From contig OZ296651.1 in assembly GCA_965655095.1 (NCBI GenBank), positions 101,804,001 through 101,868,000 on the forward strand: DNA of 64,000 nucleotides, written 5' to 3'. The stretch comes from Haplodiscus bocki. Taxonomy: Eukaryota. The translations under genes and the position numbers were made by a program. Shown here in pieces: positions 61,430 through 64,000 of the stretch. The stretch's first letter is position 1. Each line of letters starts with the position of its first letter. The notes under the pieces are model-generated. The model did not search any database and was not told the DNA's origin. It was given only the letters and a program-made list of their open reading frames with translations.

Positions 61430-64000
61430 ATGAAATGTAATGCTGTCACATTTGTACCAAATGTTTTGGGAATCGTCACAATTTGTGTTGAAATAGAAAA
61501 AACATCCAGAAAATCAAAACAAAAGAACCGGAGGTACTTTGTGGTTTATGTGAGCATGAAAGAGATGCAGACACATTTGTCATCGACTCAGAGTGGAAAC
61601 GTTGCTCTTGTCTGCGTTTAATGTGCAAAGGTTTTTATTAGTGAGAACGAATTCAAATTTCGTGTATAGAACGAACCCTCCTTGTCGGTTTCCAAAGTAT
61701 AAGCAGATCAACTACCGGTTACATCTGCTTCCAAAAACAGATCCGGAAAATTCCATAATGTTGGCGCTGAAAGCAAAAAGTTTTTCGAATTCATATTCAA
61801 AAATGAACATCTGCATCGCCAAAACCTGCTTGAAAATGCACAAAAAAGACATCTAAAAGTATAGGTCTCTGTTAATATTGGTTTGGAGAAACCAGTAGAG
61901 AACTCCTCGGTGAAAATGGAAATGCATTTGAACACTGATATAACTCCGGTAATTGCAGAAGGGTTATCGAAACAAGTTTTCTTTCTAAGATCAAAAGGTT
62001 TTTAGCAAGCTTCGTTCTCCTTCACTGCACATTGAAGCGGAAGGTCTCTAGACGAAATCTATCACCTCGATATTTAAATAGTTTCAAGGACTCCAGTTAA
62101 AAGTTCCTCATGTCTAGCCTTCCCTTCTGATCTGCAAGGATTTCGAAGTTTTCTGATTTTTCCGAGTCATCTTGATATTAAATGTTTCGTACGTTGCTTT
62201 ACCGCAGCCTATCGCTGGTTCCATGTCCATCCTTTTCAAACTGATACTTGCCGAAAAGGTACTAGTCCACCTCAATACAGCGCAAACAATCCAGCAAATC
62301 ATCAGCATCTGGAAATTTTTCAAAAACCAATGGGTTCCAAAGACATGAAAGCGTTTCAATTTAAAAAAAAACCACGTACAAATCAGTGTTTTCGAAGTTG
62401 AGATTCCACAAATCTTTCCCCTTCGTTTTGCGAATTATTTTGACTGCTTATTTTTTCTTGAAATAATAATCCTACAAGAAAACAATGTTTAACAATTTGT
62501 CCTAAACTTTAAACTTTACTAAACGTGGTTAATCACGTAAAGCAGCGCAGACCACAGAGTGATGTTGTCATTTGCGGGAGCTGTTTCCACATCTGCTCAG
62601 CTTCAAAGTCTAGCAATCGTCGTGCTAATTGCATGAATTTTAAAGAAGTAACAATCAAAGTGCCTCCGGAACACAAAAACCAGGCTGTGTTTGAGAACTT
62701 CAATGCCCGTGCCTTCGTCACAGTGGTTTTTTTGACTTGAAATCTTTAATCGTTACTGCAAAAACAGCAACTCTCAATGAAAACTTGTCGACAAAACCTT
62801 TTGAGAAACATCAACATTGCGGCTGTCGTTTTGTTTCCATAGAGCATGGATCTGTCGAACTCGTACAAGTTGACATTGATAGATGGGAATAATGTATGAA
62901 AAAGTTAGCAATGCACTGTCAGTCATTCGCCCGAGAAACTTAACAACGTAAACAAAGTCCTCGAGTTTCTCGAGGCACAGCTCCATTTGCAAATGATCAG
63001 GCAGCACTTTGTTGGATATGTTGCTCTTATCTTTCGAATGAAACGATATTTTTGGATAATTGTAAGTTTTCTGGAAAATTCCGTGTGTATGCCCATAGAC
63101 AATGTAACCGGAAAATGAAAAGCAGAAAACCACACGCCCGCGATTGCTCATAATTCTTCAAACTTTAAGCGCCATCACATGTGTAAAGACTTACACGAGT
63201 TTGTTTCAGAATGCAGAGTTGGACTGGTTCGTCTTACCGATGAATATTACATTACTCTCTCAGTTTTCGTTAAAGTCACTATTTTCTCTTTTAAAACACT
63301 TGCGATATAAAAATACTTTTCGTTGTCTTTGGATGTAATTTTCAATTTTTAACCTGCTCAAAATATACAAATCCTGCACAACTGTATTGGTAACTATCAA
63401 CCCGTTGAAAAAAGTTGCTGCATGAGAAAAGAATTCATTCTCAATTATTGCAACAACTTCGCAAAATTTTGGGGAAACCGAATTGTTTTCAATTAGTTTC
63501 AGGACTTACAGCTCAAAAGCTCATGAAATTTCAGTTAATGCAAACGATTACGCTCTTGGTAAAAGAGTATTTGTTATATTCGGATGCAAAACGTTAGGCG
63601 ATTACCCCGAAATCTATTTGAAATATGATTACTTGCTCCTTTCTTGCGTTGTGGAAGCAATTCGAAAACTGTTTTTGATACCTTTGGCCTCGACATTGTT
63701 CTTTACTTTAGCAACTCACACCTTTCTGGGGACGCATTCGTGAAGGCATGACAGGCCGACTTGGAATTCCTCACAGATCAAGAGCGTTAAGAGGTTGCCG
63801 AAAATGTGATTCGAGGAGGAGTGGCATCAATATTTCCAGGCTAGAGATATTTCCAGGCATCAAGAGATTTTTCAAGGCTAACAACGAGTGTATGGAAGAT
63901 TTGAAGGCTAACGAAGAATCCAGTTGTGGAATAATAATGGATGCAAATAACTTATGTGACGGAGTTTTGAAAAATGTGTCTTTACCTCCGAAAAACTTTC
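61430..64000 (+). pseudogene. Protein-primed family B DNA polymerase with N-terminal Zn-finger/terminal-protein region; runs off the window
   Basis: CHICTKCF..RHNL; F.AH*SG..LDEI; VICGSCFHIC; SGKFRVYAHRQCN...PIAHN (exonuclease region); YLKYDYLLLSCVVEAIRK; AENVIRGGVASIF; FFKANN; IMDANNL (Pol motif A, DxNxLY). Confidence 0.88.

Larger units (their letters stand above)
18100..64000 (+). mobile_element. Decayed Maverick/Polinton (adintovirus-like) copy 2, interrupted by an internal tandem expansion; continues beyond the window
   Basis: Remnants of ATPase, rve integrase, penton, hexon, adenain-like protease and protein-primed PolB, all on the + strand. Many stops and frameshifts; TIRs/TSD not identified. 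Confidence 0.92.

Overview
AT-rich eukaryotic (most likely invertebrate animal) genomic DNA, not prokaryotic. Positions 1-10.1 kb hold the last 7 exons of a slingshot-family (SSH) cofilin phosphatase gene on the + strand, with GT-AG junctions that all join in phase. Its introns contain a decayed ~173-bp satellite and a foldback-type element. From ~10.3 kb the window is mostly dead Maverick/Polinton (adintovirus-like) endogenous virus. A truncated copy lies at ~10.3-14.0 kb. A much larger copy runs from ~18.1 kb to the window end with the + strand order: EGF-like gene, unknown ORFs, small 2-TM gene, packaging ATPase, integrase, penton, core-like protein, hexon/MCP, adenain-like protease, pPolB. 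All of these are pseudogenised. The main finding is that a ~1.13-kb slice of the second virus (ORF-X C-terminus + 2-TM gene + Walker-A half of the ATPase) has been amplified in place into a ~34-kb, ~30-copy tandem array (19.3-53.7 kb). The array has two subfamilies, higher-order repeats, clustered A/B switch points and divergent edge copies, i.e. a young satellite arising from an old viral fossil. Both viral copies also carry a secreted/membrane EGF-like gene. Viral gene calls come from manual translation and remembered family motifs, without database searches; their boundaries are approximate.
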